64,000 bases of DNA from positions 12,971,175 through 13,035,174 of the forward strand of contig MU056000.1 of assembly GCA_013239625.1 (NCBI GenBank), written 5' to 3'. Made by a program: the position numbers and the translations under genes. How positions within the stretch are numbered: position 1 is the stretch's first letter; every line of letters begins with the position of its first letter. Below are positions 1 through 12,556 of the stretch, piece by piece. The notes beneath the pieces were generated by a model. It saw only the letters and a program-made list of their open reading frames with translations, searched no databases and had not been told where the DNA came from. The DNA comes from Lama guanicoe. Lineage: Eukaryota.

Positions 1-229
1 CTTGATTCCTCATTTTTTAAAGTCCATACTGATTAACCATTTCTTAGTTTTACTTCCAAAATACATCTTAATTCCACTAAGTGCGTCTATCCCCATTTCC
101 AGGACGTTACTGAAAGCCAGATTATCTTTCACCAGGACTTCTGAAATAGCCATCTATGCAGTCTCTTTAGATCCACTCCAGTCCTCCTGTAATTCTTCAC
201 AAAATGTCTCCAGTTGTGCTTTTAAACAT

Positions 230-695
230 CCATCAGATAGTGTCTTTTTTTTTTCCTGCTTAAAAGTCTCCATTAGTTTCCCATTAGAATAAATTCAAAG
301 CCCATTTAAATGCCTACCAGGCTCTGTTCAGTCTCCCTCAACCTTCACCTCATAGCATCACCATGTTTCGCTCTCAGCTTGGGTCATACCCTGGCTTTTC
401 AAACAGTCCCAATCCTTTCCTACCTCAGATCTCTTGCTGCTCTCTGGGTCTAGAGTCGCACAAGCCCAGTATTATAGCCTCTTATATACTTCCTTTATAG
501 TGCCTATAATTTTCAGAACTTAATTCATGTGAAGCTTACTGTATATGAAACTAACATTTGTTGTTTATTTTCTACATTAAAATGTAAGCTCAAGGAGTGC
601 AGGGACCTCACTAGTCTTTATTTGTCACCTTATTCTTAGAGCCTAGAAAATTGCCTGGCAGATGGTCAAATCAATATTTCTTGAATGAATGATTA
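230..695 (+). mobile_element. L2 LINE 3' fragment (ancient)
   Basis: L2 3' terminus: tgtaagctcaaggagtgcagggacc...cctagaaaattgcctggca...atatttcttgaatgaatga. Left boundary approximate. Confidence 0.8.
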
Positions 696-1464
696 ATTGT
701 TGAACAGGCAATAACTCATAAGGCGGATTGTCAAGCAAAGCATTTTTTAAAAGGAACCATCAACTCGTAGTTAAAATTTCCAATTTTTCCTTTTTTGAAA
801 AGTTAAAGTTAAATAAATGACAAACTTGTGACTGCTGTTTACATATATTTTTATTTGTTTATTTGGCATTTTATTTTTAAAGCACCATTTTTATTAATAT
901 GTTATTCTGTCACTCATCCATTTATTGGATCTTCAGTAATACTGTGGTCAACAGTATTTACAAATGGGTAGAGAGGATAAAAAGTTGCATCAGATATGAG
1001 GTTGAGAGTCCAATAAATAGTCTGTATTAACTGTTGCTCTTTCCCTAAAAGCAATTAGATATTTATGAGATTTGCTTGAAGCCTGATGAGTATTAATGCT
1101 TCTTTTCACTTTTTGTGACTTCTTAAACATGAATTTGAGTACAAGCCTTCTGTGTTAAACAGATAAATAAAACAAATTTTTGAAACTTCAGGAAACCATC
1201 ACTTCAAAATGTAAAATTAAATGCATATATATGTATGTGTGTAAAATGTGTATGTACACATATATTACACACATACATATATATGAAGAAATAGGATTCA
1301 GGATTTCAAAGGCTGGTAAAATAGATGACTTTTCAGGTCCTTTCAAACCTTGAAATACAGCAGCTGTTGAATTTTACCTGTTGTCTTAGAGTGATCCGAA
1401 ATCACTGCGATCAAGTGGACATTTTCACTTGTTTGATTCAATTGATTCTGTTTTACAAGCAGAT

Positions 1465-1720
1465 TGAAATTCAGCAAATCCACTCAACTGTATGGATGCC
1501 TGCTGCATGCCAGGCTGGGTGCCAGGGAGTCAGGATTCCAAGATGAAGGAAGCATATGCCATGCCCTGGGGCCTTTTATAATCTTGTAAATGAGATTGCC
1601 ATAGCAAACAAAATATGCACTGTATCTGTAATACGAAGAACATCTAAGGTTCAGACATAAAAGCTGAAAAGAAATCTATGGAGAATTTCTTTGCCTGTGT
1701 GGTAAGGAAATGTTATCAGA
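1465..1720 (-). mobile_element. L2 fragment
   Basis: attcagcaaat...gatgcctgctgcatgccaggc resembles the reverse complement of the L2 3' end. Confidence 0.55.
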
Positions 1721-3140
1721 GAAGCTTACTTAATGCAGCCAAACCAGGTAATACTCTAATTGTAACCACTGAGGGATTTCACCCCTCAAGTCAGTTAAAA
1801 AACATGCTTCTTTTTACCGTCATATCTATCAGTCTAACTATTATTTTCCCAAGGATCTGGGGTTTTGACTATCATTCCCTTCCTCCTCCACTTCTGTTCA
1901 ATGTCACCAGTGGATGCAGTCTGTAAACAAGGCTCAGTGGTGTCTTGGAAGCCCCTTTCACACCAGCGATAGATAGGTTAATCTTGCTGTGCCAAAATCC
2001 ATACCCAGTGCTCTGCGAAGCTGAACAGAGGCAAAGCTTCAGTCTTCTGCTTTAATCCCCCGGCATTATTTTGGTCCATGTGACGATACTTCCGGTTGAG
2101 TTATCTCCTTACTCTATAGTTCCTTTTTGAGACAAGAGACCTCTTAGTATGAGAAATCCATTTGCTTATGTCCAGATAGACTTTCTAACTCTTTCCAGTA
2201 ATCTCCTTAATGACAACCTTATTCCCAGAATTCTCAGCATCTATTTTATTCCTAAAATTATGGGATACCAGAATAAAACAGCATTTTCAACTTAACTTAA
2301 GCATCTCTACTTCTAGGAAGGTCTGTTTAACACTCTACAGTATCTTGTTTCCACTTGAATGTCACAGAATTTACTGGATTCATTTAAATATCAAGTCCAA
2401 GGTAAAGTCCACACATTCTAGGACATTATTTTGATGTATTGGTTATCATGACGTAAACAGTTGAACAGTCCTAACCCTGACTCTTTTCTTGACTTTTTTT
2501 CCTCTCCTCTGATCTGCCTCTGAGTTTCCAACATACCCAAACAGCTGTGTATGTGTCTGTAACAAGACGCATCCCAAAGGAACTGTTTTAGGCATTGTTG
2601 GGTAAGAAAAACAGAGCACTATTTAATTACTAATTTAAAATTCACTCTATTAGGTCAAACTACGTTAAATAATTCGTATGTTCAATATATTTTCAGTTTA
2701 TGAACACAATAATATGGTTTGAATATAAAAAACAAGTTGTAGTCTTTGTTGTGTTTAAAAGTGATAACTTGACCTTTTGGAAATTTGTAAAACTTCCTGT
2801 GTTCATAGACATCAAATAGGTTGTAAGCAAGGTTTTTTGGGATATGTGTTTATCTTGTGTTTTGGTTACCACATCCTAATACCTAATGTGTTCTGAGCAC
2901 TAATGATGTTTTGAAATTTCCATCAGGATGCCATCTTGTTTGAGCACCTACCTAAGCAAGGAATGGAAACGCGGTGTGAAATAATGGAAAGGACATCAGG
3001 TGTGCTGTCGTGAAGGTCTTTGATCTTTTCTGACTACTCAAGGATTCTTAATTATTTGAAGGTTACATATCTCTTTGAGAAGTTAATAAAAATATAGATT
3101 CTCTATCCCATATAAATATCTACAGTCTGTGGTAATTTTT

Positions 3141-5281
3141 TTTACTTTCTATTATTTAAAAATTTATTGTTTTTTTTTAAACTTTTTTATTGAGTTATAG
3201 TCATTTTACAGTGTTGTGTCAAATTCCAGTGTACAGCACAATTTTCCGGTTATACATGAACATACATATATTCATTGTCACATTTTTTTTTCACTGTGAG
3301 CTTCCACAAGATCTTGTATGTATTTCCCTGTGCTATACAGTATAATCTTGTTTATCTATTCTGCATATGCTTGTCAGTATCTACAAATTTTGAAATCCCA
3401 GTCTGTCCCTTCCCACCCCTTGCCCCTTTGGCAACCACAAGTTTGTATTCTATGTCTATGAGTCTGTTTCTGTTTTGCATTTATGTTTTTTTGTTTTTGT
3501 TGTTGTTGTTTTTGTTTTTTTAGATTCCACATATGAGCAATCTCATATGGTATTTTTCTATCTCTTTCTGGCTTACTTCACTTAGAATGACGTAATCCAG
3601 GAGCATCCATGTTGCTGCAAATGGCATTATATTGTCAGCATTTATGGCTGAATAGTATTCCATTGTGTAAATATACCACAGCTTCTTTATCCAGTCATCT
3701 GTTGATGGACATTTAGGGTGTTTCCATGTCTTGGCTATTGTAAATAGTGCTGCTATGAACATTGGGGTGCAGCTGTCTTTTTGAAGTAGGGTTCCTTGGA
3801 TATATGCCCAGAAGTGGAACTCCTGGGTCATAAAGTAAGTCTATTCCTAGTCTTTTGAGGAAACTCCATTACTGTTTTCCACAGTGGCTGCACCAAACTG
3901 CATTCCCACCAGCAGTGTAGGAGGGTTCCCTTTTCTCCACAGCCTCTCCAGCATTTGTCATTTGTGGACTTTTGAATGATGGCCATTCTGACTGGTGTGA
4001 GGTCACACCTCATTGTAGCTTTGATTTGCATTTCTCTGATAATTAGTGATATTNNNNNNNNNNNNNNNNNNNNNNNNNNNNNNNNNNNNNNNNNNNNNNN
4101 NNNNNNNNNNNNNNNNNNNNNNNNNNNNNNNNNNNNNNNNNNTTTTTTCTTATTGTATGAGCTGCCTATATATTCTGGAGATCAAGCCTTTGTCGGTTTC
4201 ATTTGCAAAAATTTTCTCCCATTTCGTAGGTTGTCATTTTTTACTTCTGGTTTCCTTTGCTGTGCAGAAGCTTGTGAGTTTAATTAGGTCCCATTTGTTT
4301 ATTTTTGCTTTTATTTCTATTGCTTGGGTAGACTGCCCTAGGAGAACAGTTTTGAGATGTATGTCAGATAATGTTTTGCCTATGTCTTCTTCTAAGAGGT
4401 TTCTTGTATCTTGTCTGATGTTTAATCCATTTTGAGTTTATTTTTGTGTATGGTGTAAGGGAGTGTTCATTGATTTACATGCTGCTGTCCAGTTTTCCCA
4501 ACACCATTTGCTGAAGAGACTGTCTTTATTCCATTGTATATTCTTTCCTCCTTTGTCGAAGATTAGTTGACCAAAAGTTTGTGGGTTCATTTCTGGGCTC
4601 TCTATTCTGTTCTATTAGTCCATATGTCTGCTTTTGTACCAATGCCATGCTGTTTTGATGACTGTAGCTCTATAGTATTGTCTGAAGTCTAGGAGAGTTA
4701 TTCCTCCAGCCTCTTTCTTTCTCTTCAGTAATGCTTTGGCAATTCTAGGTCTTTTGTGGTTCCATATAAATTTTATTATGAGTTGTTTGAGTTCTGTGAA
4801 ATATGTTCTGGGTAATTTGATAGAGATTGCATTAAATCTGTAGATTGCTTTGGGCAGTGTGACCATTTTAACAGTATTGATTCTTCCAATCCAGGAGCAT
4901 GGAATATCTTTCCATTTTTTTAAGTCTTCTTTAATTTCCTTAATCAGTGTTTTATAGTTTTCCATGTATAAGTCTTTCACCTCCTTGGTTAGATTTATCC
5001 CTATGTATTTTATTACTTTGGGTGCTATTTTAAAGCAGATTATTTCTTTACTTTCTTTTTCTGTTGATTCATTGTTAGTGTAAAGAAATGCAACTGATTT
5101 TTGAACGTTAATCTTGTAACCTGCTACCTTGCTGAATTCTTCAATTCTTTCTAATAGTTTTTGTGTGTACCTTTTAGGGTTTTCCATATATAGTATCATG
5201 CCATCTGCATATAGTGACACTTTTACCTCTTCTTTTCCAATTTGGATCCCTTTTATTTCTCTCTCTTGCCTGATTGCTGTG
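3141..5281 (-). mobile_element. 5'-truncated young L1 (camelid type): 3' half of ORF2, 3'UTR and A-rich tail
   Basis: ORFs 4615-5289, 3828-4031 and 3520-3831 translate to L1 ORF2p: RT region with YADD mutated to YADG, CCHC motif [18 protein letters not shown], and [18 protein letters not shown] at 3186-3191 (-). Imperfect TSD tgtggtaattttt (3128-3140) / tgtggcaattctt (5282-5294) followed by aa. Frameshifted, so inactive. Confidence 0.97.
4054..4142. other. Assembly gap (89 N) inside the L1
   Basis: Run of n. L1 sequence is collinear on both sides. Confidence 0.99.
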
Positions 5282-5884
5282 TGTGGCAATTCTTAAGTCA
5301 TTGTCTCTCAGCTTCAACTCCATTCTCTCCACTCTGCTTGCTGATCCTGGAGCTGGAACTCAGACCATTGCATTTCTGCCCTGTCAACAGTCTTTCCATT
5401 TGGCTCTGCCAGTAAAAGGTATGAGAGGAAGGTCGCAAGGCTGGAGGAGGAAGAGACTTGTTCCTTCCTGTCTGCCTTACATGAGCTTCCTGTGTGCTTG
5501 TACTTCCTGTGAGCATCACTGCTACATTTCCTCACCCCCAGGGCAACAGTTATTTCCATAGCAGAGGCTGAATCGAGTCAGCAATTTTGCCAACAGTTGC
5601 AGAATCCGCCTTGCCGTTCTTTCTATCCAGGGACGCCAGTTCAGTCCCTCCTGAGAGGTTTGCGTTTCACATCCCAGAGGCCCCTCCTTTAAGTTTCTAA
5701 GATTTTTGCCATTGCTCTCTCGTTTCCTGGGCATGTCTGCTGATGTTTGTTTCATATAGTTGCTACCTCCATGATAGATACCTTAGCATTTCCTTTTTCC
5801 CCTTTATACTTAGTCAATGATTCCTTAATTCTCTCCATTTAAGTAGCTGGTGTGGTTTCAGTCAAATTGTCCCTGGCTGATAAA
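5282..5884 (+). mobile_element. ERVL LTR33-like solo LTR
   Basis: Start tgtggcaattcttaagtcattgtctctcagcttcaactccattctctccactctgcttgctgatcctggagctgg resembles the LTR33 5' end. End ...ccctggctgataaa resembles the LTR33 3' end. Confidence 0.7.
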
Positions 5885-7419
5885 TACTTCCACACAAACA
5901 AAAATTTTTCTTTAATTCTCAGGAGGTTAACCGATCATAGGTTAAGAAGTGCTTAATCAGTGGATCTCTAAATTTATGTCTGTTCTAAAATTCAGTGATT
6001 TTTAAGGATATGTGATCAGGGACATAATAAAGACAGAAAATGATCAATGAAAATATTAGTGAAAGTGTGAGAAATAATTGTGAAGATGTAAAACAATCAT
6101 CAAGACTATTATGTACCTATTTTGAACCAGGAATGGATTATAAACAGAAGTGATTATTTATAGGGAAGTGGAGGAGAAAAAGGAACATTCATATGGGATG
6201 GAAGTGGGGGAGTAGCCTTGGCATATGGTCCGTAGGAATAGAAGACAGATTTTGACCAGCTGAAGGCAACAGGAAGCAGATGAGTTAAAAAAAAAAAAAC
6301 ACATCTTTTCCAAAATATATTTTTTTATAAGTGCATGTACAAGAACTACGAAGAAAATTTTTAAAAATAACCACGTACCTGTGGAATCACTCTTGATATG
6401 CCACAGTATTTCTTATCACAGCAATACAGTTGTTCAAATTTAGCACCCAAAAGAGATTTGCGGCAATATTCTGGCAGTCATTTCTGCACATCCATAACTG
6501 TCAGTGGAGTAATTGCATTGTCACTATTAGGAGGTGGTTATCGGCACGTTGCTTTTATAACAGAGGAACTCCTATCTGTGACATCTCAATTCTCCCACTC
6601 CCTTCTTTTTTTCTGACAATAGAAAAAAAGTCACCATACATATCTGGGGTTAGGGGCCAGAGATTGCAAAAAAGTAAAAAAAACCAGCCCCTTCCCCTGA
6701 GGGTCTGATTTCAAGTAAGGGAGACCTAATCAAATGTAATAAAACTTGAGTAAGCCACTTAAGAAAGTAAAGGGAGAAATGAGTGCTAGCACTCAGGGTG
6801 GTCCAGGACACAGTAATGACTGGTCGTTCTCATTTTCTTTCCAAATATGGTCTCCTGTCTGCAGACAAGAGATAAGTCGCATCTTAGAAACATCCTTTCA
6901 CTGTTGCAACTCATTGCATGAAGTCTATTGTTTCAGACTGTGTAACATTCAATAGGGTAAGAAAAAGAAAAAGAAAAAAACTAATTTGGAACATCTTATT
7001 CTGCCCTTTAGTCCAGGACACTGGAAATGGGGCTGAGTGATAACAAGCCCTGTGGGACCATCCTTAGGGCAACACAATTCAAAGTGACTGCTACTCCCTT
7101 AACTGCTACTCCTGTAAAAAAAGAAAAACCACACCAAAAGGAGAAGTGTTTAGAAGGAAACCTAATCAGTTTATACATTACCCCAAAGAAAACACTCCAC
7201 TCCTTCCTATGTGAAATGGAGAAGATAATGAGCTAGTTTTATTATATTAGAGACTGGTTAATTTAATTTAATTTAATTTTGCCCCCAATGATTGGGGAGC
7301 AGGTGGCGTCATCACCTTTCTAATCATACTTTGCATCCCTTCCTGTCCCCTTTAGTCAACTCTCTTGAGCCAACAGCATAGGTCCATGCACAGCAAGGTC
7401 CAGGCTGTGAGGTTCAGCA

Positions 7420-7578
7420 AGGTAGCCTCGAACCTCTTGTAATTATTGAAATTTAAGTTGATTTAATGAAAAGTATTTTTAAAGAAGATTTTAGCTTTTT
7501 GGTTCATTGAACTGGCCAATTTTCAAGTGTTCAATAGTCACATGTGACCAGTGGCTGCATCTTAGATAATACAACATC
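7420..7578. mobile_element. MER3/MER33-like hAT-Charlie MITE
   Basis: ttttcaagtgttcaatagtcacatgtgaccagtggctg matches the MER3/MER33 core atttcaagtgctcaatagccacatgtggctagtggct. Confidence 0.75.
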
Positions 7579-7967
7579 CAGCAGCTTGGTGTTCCAAAGA
7601 ACACTTCTATCATTTCAGAAATGTAGAAGTGTACACTCTAAAGCATTGACCTAATAACTATTCTGTGAAAGTGTCTTTCTTCCATTTTTCATCCTCATTA
7701 ACCCAGTGTGATAAAAAAAAAAATTAGTGCTTGTAAGAAATAATGTTTTTCCAATTGCCGCAGTAGTAATTGTTGTGGAAGAGATGAAAGAGTAAATAAT
7801 GCCTCCAGTAGCATATTCAAAGCATTATAGCTGAAGCGCTACACTGCAGAATGACAGACAAGGTGTTTTCCAAAGACTTGAAACAGAAGATTTGGGAATC
7901 ATTTGCAGGGGCTTGCCTTATGAAGTAGCAGTGCCACCAAGTGTTGGGTGAAAGAGGTTAAATCTTT

Positions 7968-8198
7968 GAAACTCCTATATATAAAATAGATAAACAGCAA
8001 GGACCTACTGCATAGCCAGGGAACTATATTCAGCATTCTGTAATAACCTAGAATGAAAAAGAAAAGAATACACACATATATATTATATATATATATATAT
8101 AACTGAATCACTATGCTGTACACCAGAAATTAATGCACCATTGTAAATCAACTATGCTTCAATTAAAAATAAGTAAATAAAAATAAAATAAAATAAAA
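7968..8198 (+). mobile_element. L1 3'UTR end (cetartiodactyl type) with A-rich tail
   Basis: ataaaatagataaacagcaaggacctactg...ataactgaatcactatgctgtacaccagaaa...ttgtaaatcaactat, followed by an (aaaat)n tail. Confidence 0.9.
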
Positions 8199-9745
8199 TT
8201 TGCTAAGCTTTAAAAACAATTTTTGAAAGATATATGATAACATTCTGATTTAAAAGAATTAAGAGAATTAGTCATATTGACTATTAAGCCTTATAGAATC
8301 ACAATTCAAAGCCTTATGTATCATTATTCATTTATCACTGATTTTAGAACATAGTAAGATTGGCTATAGTTACAAATATACTGCACTTATTATCCCTTTT
8401 ATTTAGATAAAAGAGAGATACAGCATAGCAATTTGGATTGGCTTGATGATTTTCTCCTTTGGTTGGCTCATGTTTAGATACTCTGAAACATACAACCCTC
8501 AACTGCAATTCCATGTGACGTGCATCTAAGGATGAATTCTTAAATCAGTGGCATTGCCTGTGATCTTCTACATCTTTCTGGTTCTTTTTCATTTTCCCAG
8601 TCCTCACAACCTAACTTCCCTTCCTCCACATTTGCAGATCACAGTCTGTCTCTGTGGAAATTTCCATCCAAATGATGACTTGCATTTTAAGACTGGAAAA
8701 ACCATAGGCAGAAAAATGGTGGTTTTTATTTCCTGGGTTGTCTTTATCACAGTTTGAAGGAGGAAAGTCCAGGGCTTCTCCATCTTTTTCTTTATAACTG
8801 CAGCAAAAACCTATTTCACTTGTCCTCCGTTGCCATGGTTACAGGCTTTCCCATTCCAACAGGTCAATACAAGCTTTCAGTTTACATAAGGTCATGGGTA
8901 ATTCATCTCAGCATTGCGCTAACAAAAACCCAGCTCTTCTCTCCTCGTGTAAGAGGATAATCTATCAAACCCCTGAAAGCACAATTAGTTCTGATTTCCA
9001 TAATTTATTATTCTCAGTCTCATCCTCTTGTTTGTGGCTTTGTGCTTATGTTCAAGTACCTCAAATAAAAGACAGGTTTTGGTTCTATAGCAACCTTGAT
9101 AGTTCCGTATACCACTAAAGCTCTAAATTGGCTATTTTGCTAGCAATACTCCATTTATTTTATAATGGATATATTTAATAAAGCTAGTATTTAATTAGGC
9201 ATCACTTAAAAAGTATAATACAGGTCAAGTGGGAGAAATTTTGGCCAAGTATTAAGACATCTACTGATACATTGTTCTGATTGTTCACCAGCAACAGGTA
9301 TGTTGTTGGCTTTTAAATGCCCAGTAAGAGCGAATAATGGAAATCAAGATATTAACTTCATTGAAGGTATGGTCAGATGGAATTCTGTTTCTTTGGGGCA
9401 GAACAAAAGATTTTGAGCTCGGGTAATAGCAGAGAATGAATGAGAATCCTTGTAATGCGAGGCAGAGGAAAGATTATCCATTATATGTGAGAACCGATTT
9501 TATGTGAACAGATTGAAAAAATCACACATGCATGTACACACATAAGCACACAATATATCCAGCCTTTTCTTAGAAAGGGATGGTTTTCTATTCATATTTT
9601 TATTTGCATAAAATATGGATCAGGAAGGTAACAAAAAGGTGAACACTAAGGAGTGGTGAGGACTTTGGTGAACTGAAAGGCCTGATTCATATAAAAGTGT
9701 TCCCCCGATGTTTTACAACTTTTTGGTAACTGTAAACCGTATAGG

Positions 9746-9849
9746 TAGTATGACCATACATCCTCATATGCCTGGGACTGTCAGGTTTCATGTCCATGGT
9801 CATTTTCTAAAGCATCTTCATTTATGCGGCAGATCACATGGTCACCCTA
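9746..9849. mobile_element. MER94/MER81-like hAT-Blackjack MITE
   Basis: Terminal inverted repeats tagtatgaccata ... atggtcacccta (consensus tagggtgacca), with internal tgcctgggactgtc. Confidence 0.7.
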
Positions 9850-10689
9850 CAAACACAACATAGAAGTGGAGCTCATTTTTATCTGGGTGCCAGTTTGGAA
9901 TCTCTTGTACTAAGGTTTCCCCTAACAGTGTGCTACATGATGACAGGTTAGTAGAAATCTTGTCCTAAAATGAAAGGAGGTTGTAAAAAAAATTTTCAGT
10001 TATGGAAGAAATGTAATTTCTCTGATAAAAGGAAGCAGTGTCAATAGCATTGCTTTACTGAGAATTAAATTTTTCAAATGTTCTTACAATTGATAGCATT
10101 TGTAAATTTTTCAATGATTTGCCTAAGTTGGTTAAAACAGAGCTTTCCCATACATAAAGTACAAGTATCTTCTGGACACCCCTATGTGTTATTGTTCCTG
10201 CTTTGTCTTCTTGGATTAATTCAGTAACTTTCACACTCTTTTTAGCCATTGAAACATCTTTTACAATAAATATTAGACTGAATCCCACTGTATAGTAGCA
10301 GAGGTGCTGTGACTGAAGTCTAAGAAGGTAGTGGAATGGAGGCATCTGAGCTGTTCTTGTTCTGCCTCCCTTTGTTTACTCTGCACCCTTCCACCAAGGT
10401 GGCCCTAAGAACACTGTGTAGAACTCTAGCACTCTGAAAACATGATCTCAAAGAAACACCAGTCTAGTGGGAAAAATGTGGACTTTAAAGTCAGACTTTG
10501 ACCAGAATCCTCACTCAACGTTTAGAAAAAGTGTGTCCCTGGATGTAGCTTAAACTGGGTTACTCTCTGATAAACTTGAGATGTAGGGATGAATTACAGA
10601 ATTCATGACGTAATTAAATAGTATTCCTAATGCCTGTGGACCATTCTTGAGGTTTAACTTTCTGCTGTCTAGATTATCCTCCCTTCATT

Positions 10690-10840
10690 TGGATTCTCAC
10701 CCTGCCTGTGAATCTGAATCACTGGGGATCTTCTTTTAAATAGACATGTCAATTTCTACTCAAAACCTACTGATAGAGGATCCCCAGTGTTTGGACCCAT
10801 GAATCTGATTGTAAAACTGCCCAGTTGGCCGCTGTTAAGA
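10690..10840. mobile_element. MER5A-like hAT-Charlie remnant
   Basis: ttctcaccctgcctgtgaatctgaatcactggggatcttcttttaaa...cctactga...gacccatgaatctg resembles MER5A. Confidence 0.6.
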
Positions 10841-11439
10841 ACGACTGCACTGTATTCTCTTATACAAGTATTTTTTTCCCTCTGTCCATAGTCTATGCAT
10901 CCATCATCTCCCACTCTTCCCTTACACCTGACTTGAAATATTTATCTGTGGACGGTAAATTGGATGACAGCACAATCTCTTATAGCCAAGATGTCCATGT
11001 TCCAGACCTGGTGCTACCAGTGATGAGCTAACACTGGACACTTTACATCTTTGGGCTCCAGTTGCCATATCTGAAAAATGACCTTGTGGCAAGCAGCAAA
11101 TCAACACGTAGACTGGTGCCTAAAACATAGTCAGTAGTTCAAAATATTAATGCTCATTACCAAAATTACTTGGGTATTCTTTTCTTTATCATTTTACATC
11201 CAGCCTTGAACTCATTTTTTCTTTTCTTAAAAACAAAATAAAAAACACAAAAAGTCAAACACCCTTAAATTTGCATAATTTTAAAAAATGAATAGCATTC
11301 TCTGAGTAATGCAGATTCAAAATTTTGGAGATATTTTATCCTTTCCTATTTGGCTTTTATTTGCCATAAGAGATGTGCTCTTGAACCTAGCATCTATAGT
11401 ACAGAAATACCCTGTTGACAGGGGCTTTTATCTTTTTAT

Positions 11440-11965
11440 CTTTAATTCCATTCTTCAAATCTCTTTCTGAATAATATTCCTTGGTATCTATTTTATGATT
11501 ATATCACTTCTTAAATCAAAGAGTATTTAAAATATTTCCAATGCCTACCAAACAAAATACAATGTCCTTAGCATGGATTTCAAATATAATCCTGATAAAT
11601 GATTCAAAGAAGTAGAGGATGCCATGAGTGGAGCAGCCTTGTCATCGGTGAGCAATCTAAAACTGAACATTTTATAAAGTTGTACTTCTTGATACCTTAG
11701 GAGAGCATTAACAGGTTTCTTATGTCAGCAATAAGTGAGACATTTGTCTCTTTGATATGTAATCAGAATTGTTTTTACTTTTATCTACTACTCAAGCTTT
11801 GCCTACTCACAAAGTGGGTCTATTCAGCACTTCTCCAGTTATCTTGCCAATGAATATGTAGAAGTAGGTGGTGTTTCTAATTCCACTATTCTCTCCCTCT
11901 AGCACAATGTCGGATTCATCGTAATCTTTGCAAAACTGTTTGTTGAATGAATACATGGATGAATG
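11440..11965 (+). mobile_element. L2 remnants
   Basis: tatatcact...ccaatgcctaccaaacaaaatacaatgtccttagcatgg, and 3' end ctagcacaatgt...tttgttgaatgaata. Confidence 0.55.
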
Positions 11966-12556
11966 TAAGAGCAATCTTCACTCTTTACTGAAATTAGCAG
12001 ACATAATTTAACTCTATTCTGTACATTTTTAGGTGAGGGCACTGATGTATTATTCTATATAGCTAGTATAAGAATCATGGCTTTGAGATGTGTTTAGTAT
12101 TAATGATGCTGAGAAAAATTTCCCCCTTCATTGTACTTTAACTGAATAAATATTTTGTATACAAAGCATTTAAGGTACAAGTGTAAATACAGATAACAGT
12201 CCATGCATTTCTTGATAATCTGAGATCTAATTATAAGTCCTATGCAGGTTAAGTGCATTGAGCATTCTCTATATGAGTGTATGTATATGTCTTACACATA
12301 AGAAAACAGATCCATACTTATACATTTGTAGGTATGTATATGTGCATGATAGATGTATATAGCAACAATAATAAAATTTTATTTAAAATTATTATTATTA
12401 TGAAGTACATAATAGTTCTAGACTGGACTAAAGGAAAATTATTACTTATTTTCTTCTTATGTTTAAATGCAGAATTCTTACAGATACAAAAATTCTTTTG
12501 CTATAAATATGGTTCTGAACTACACAGAAGTCTTCCTCTTATAAAATTGTACCTAA

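Noticed and set aside
2100..2310. Possible L3/CR1 relic
   Set aside because: Only a short motif resemblance (cctaaaattatgggataccagaataaaacagcatttt); too weak to call without an HMM search.
4615..5289. 224-aa RT ORF as a functional gene
   Set aside because: 5'-truncated L1 ORF2 with the catalytic YADD changed to YADG and downstream frameshifts.
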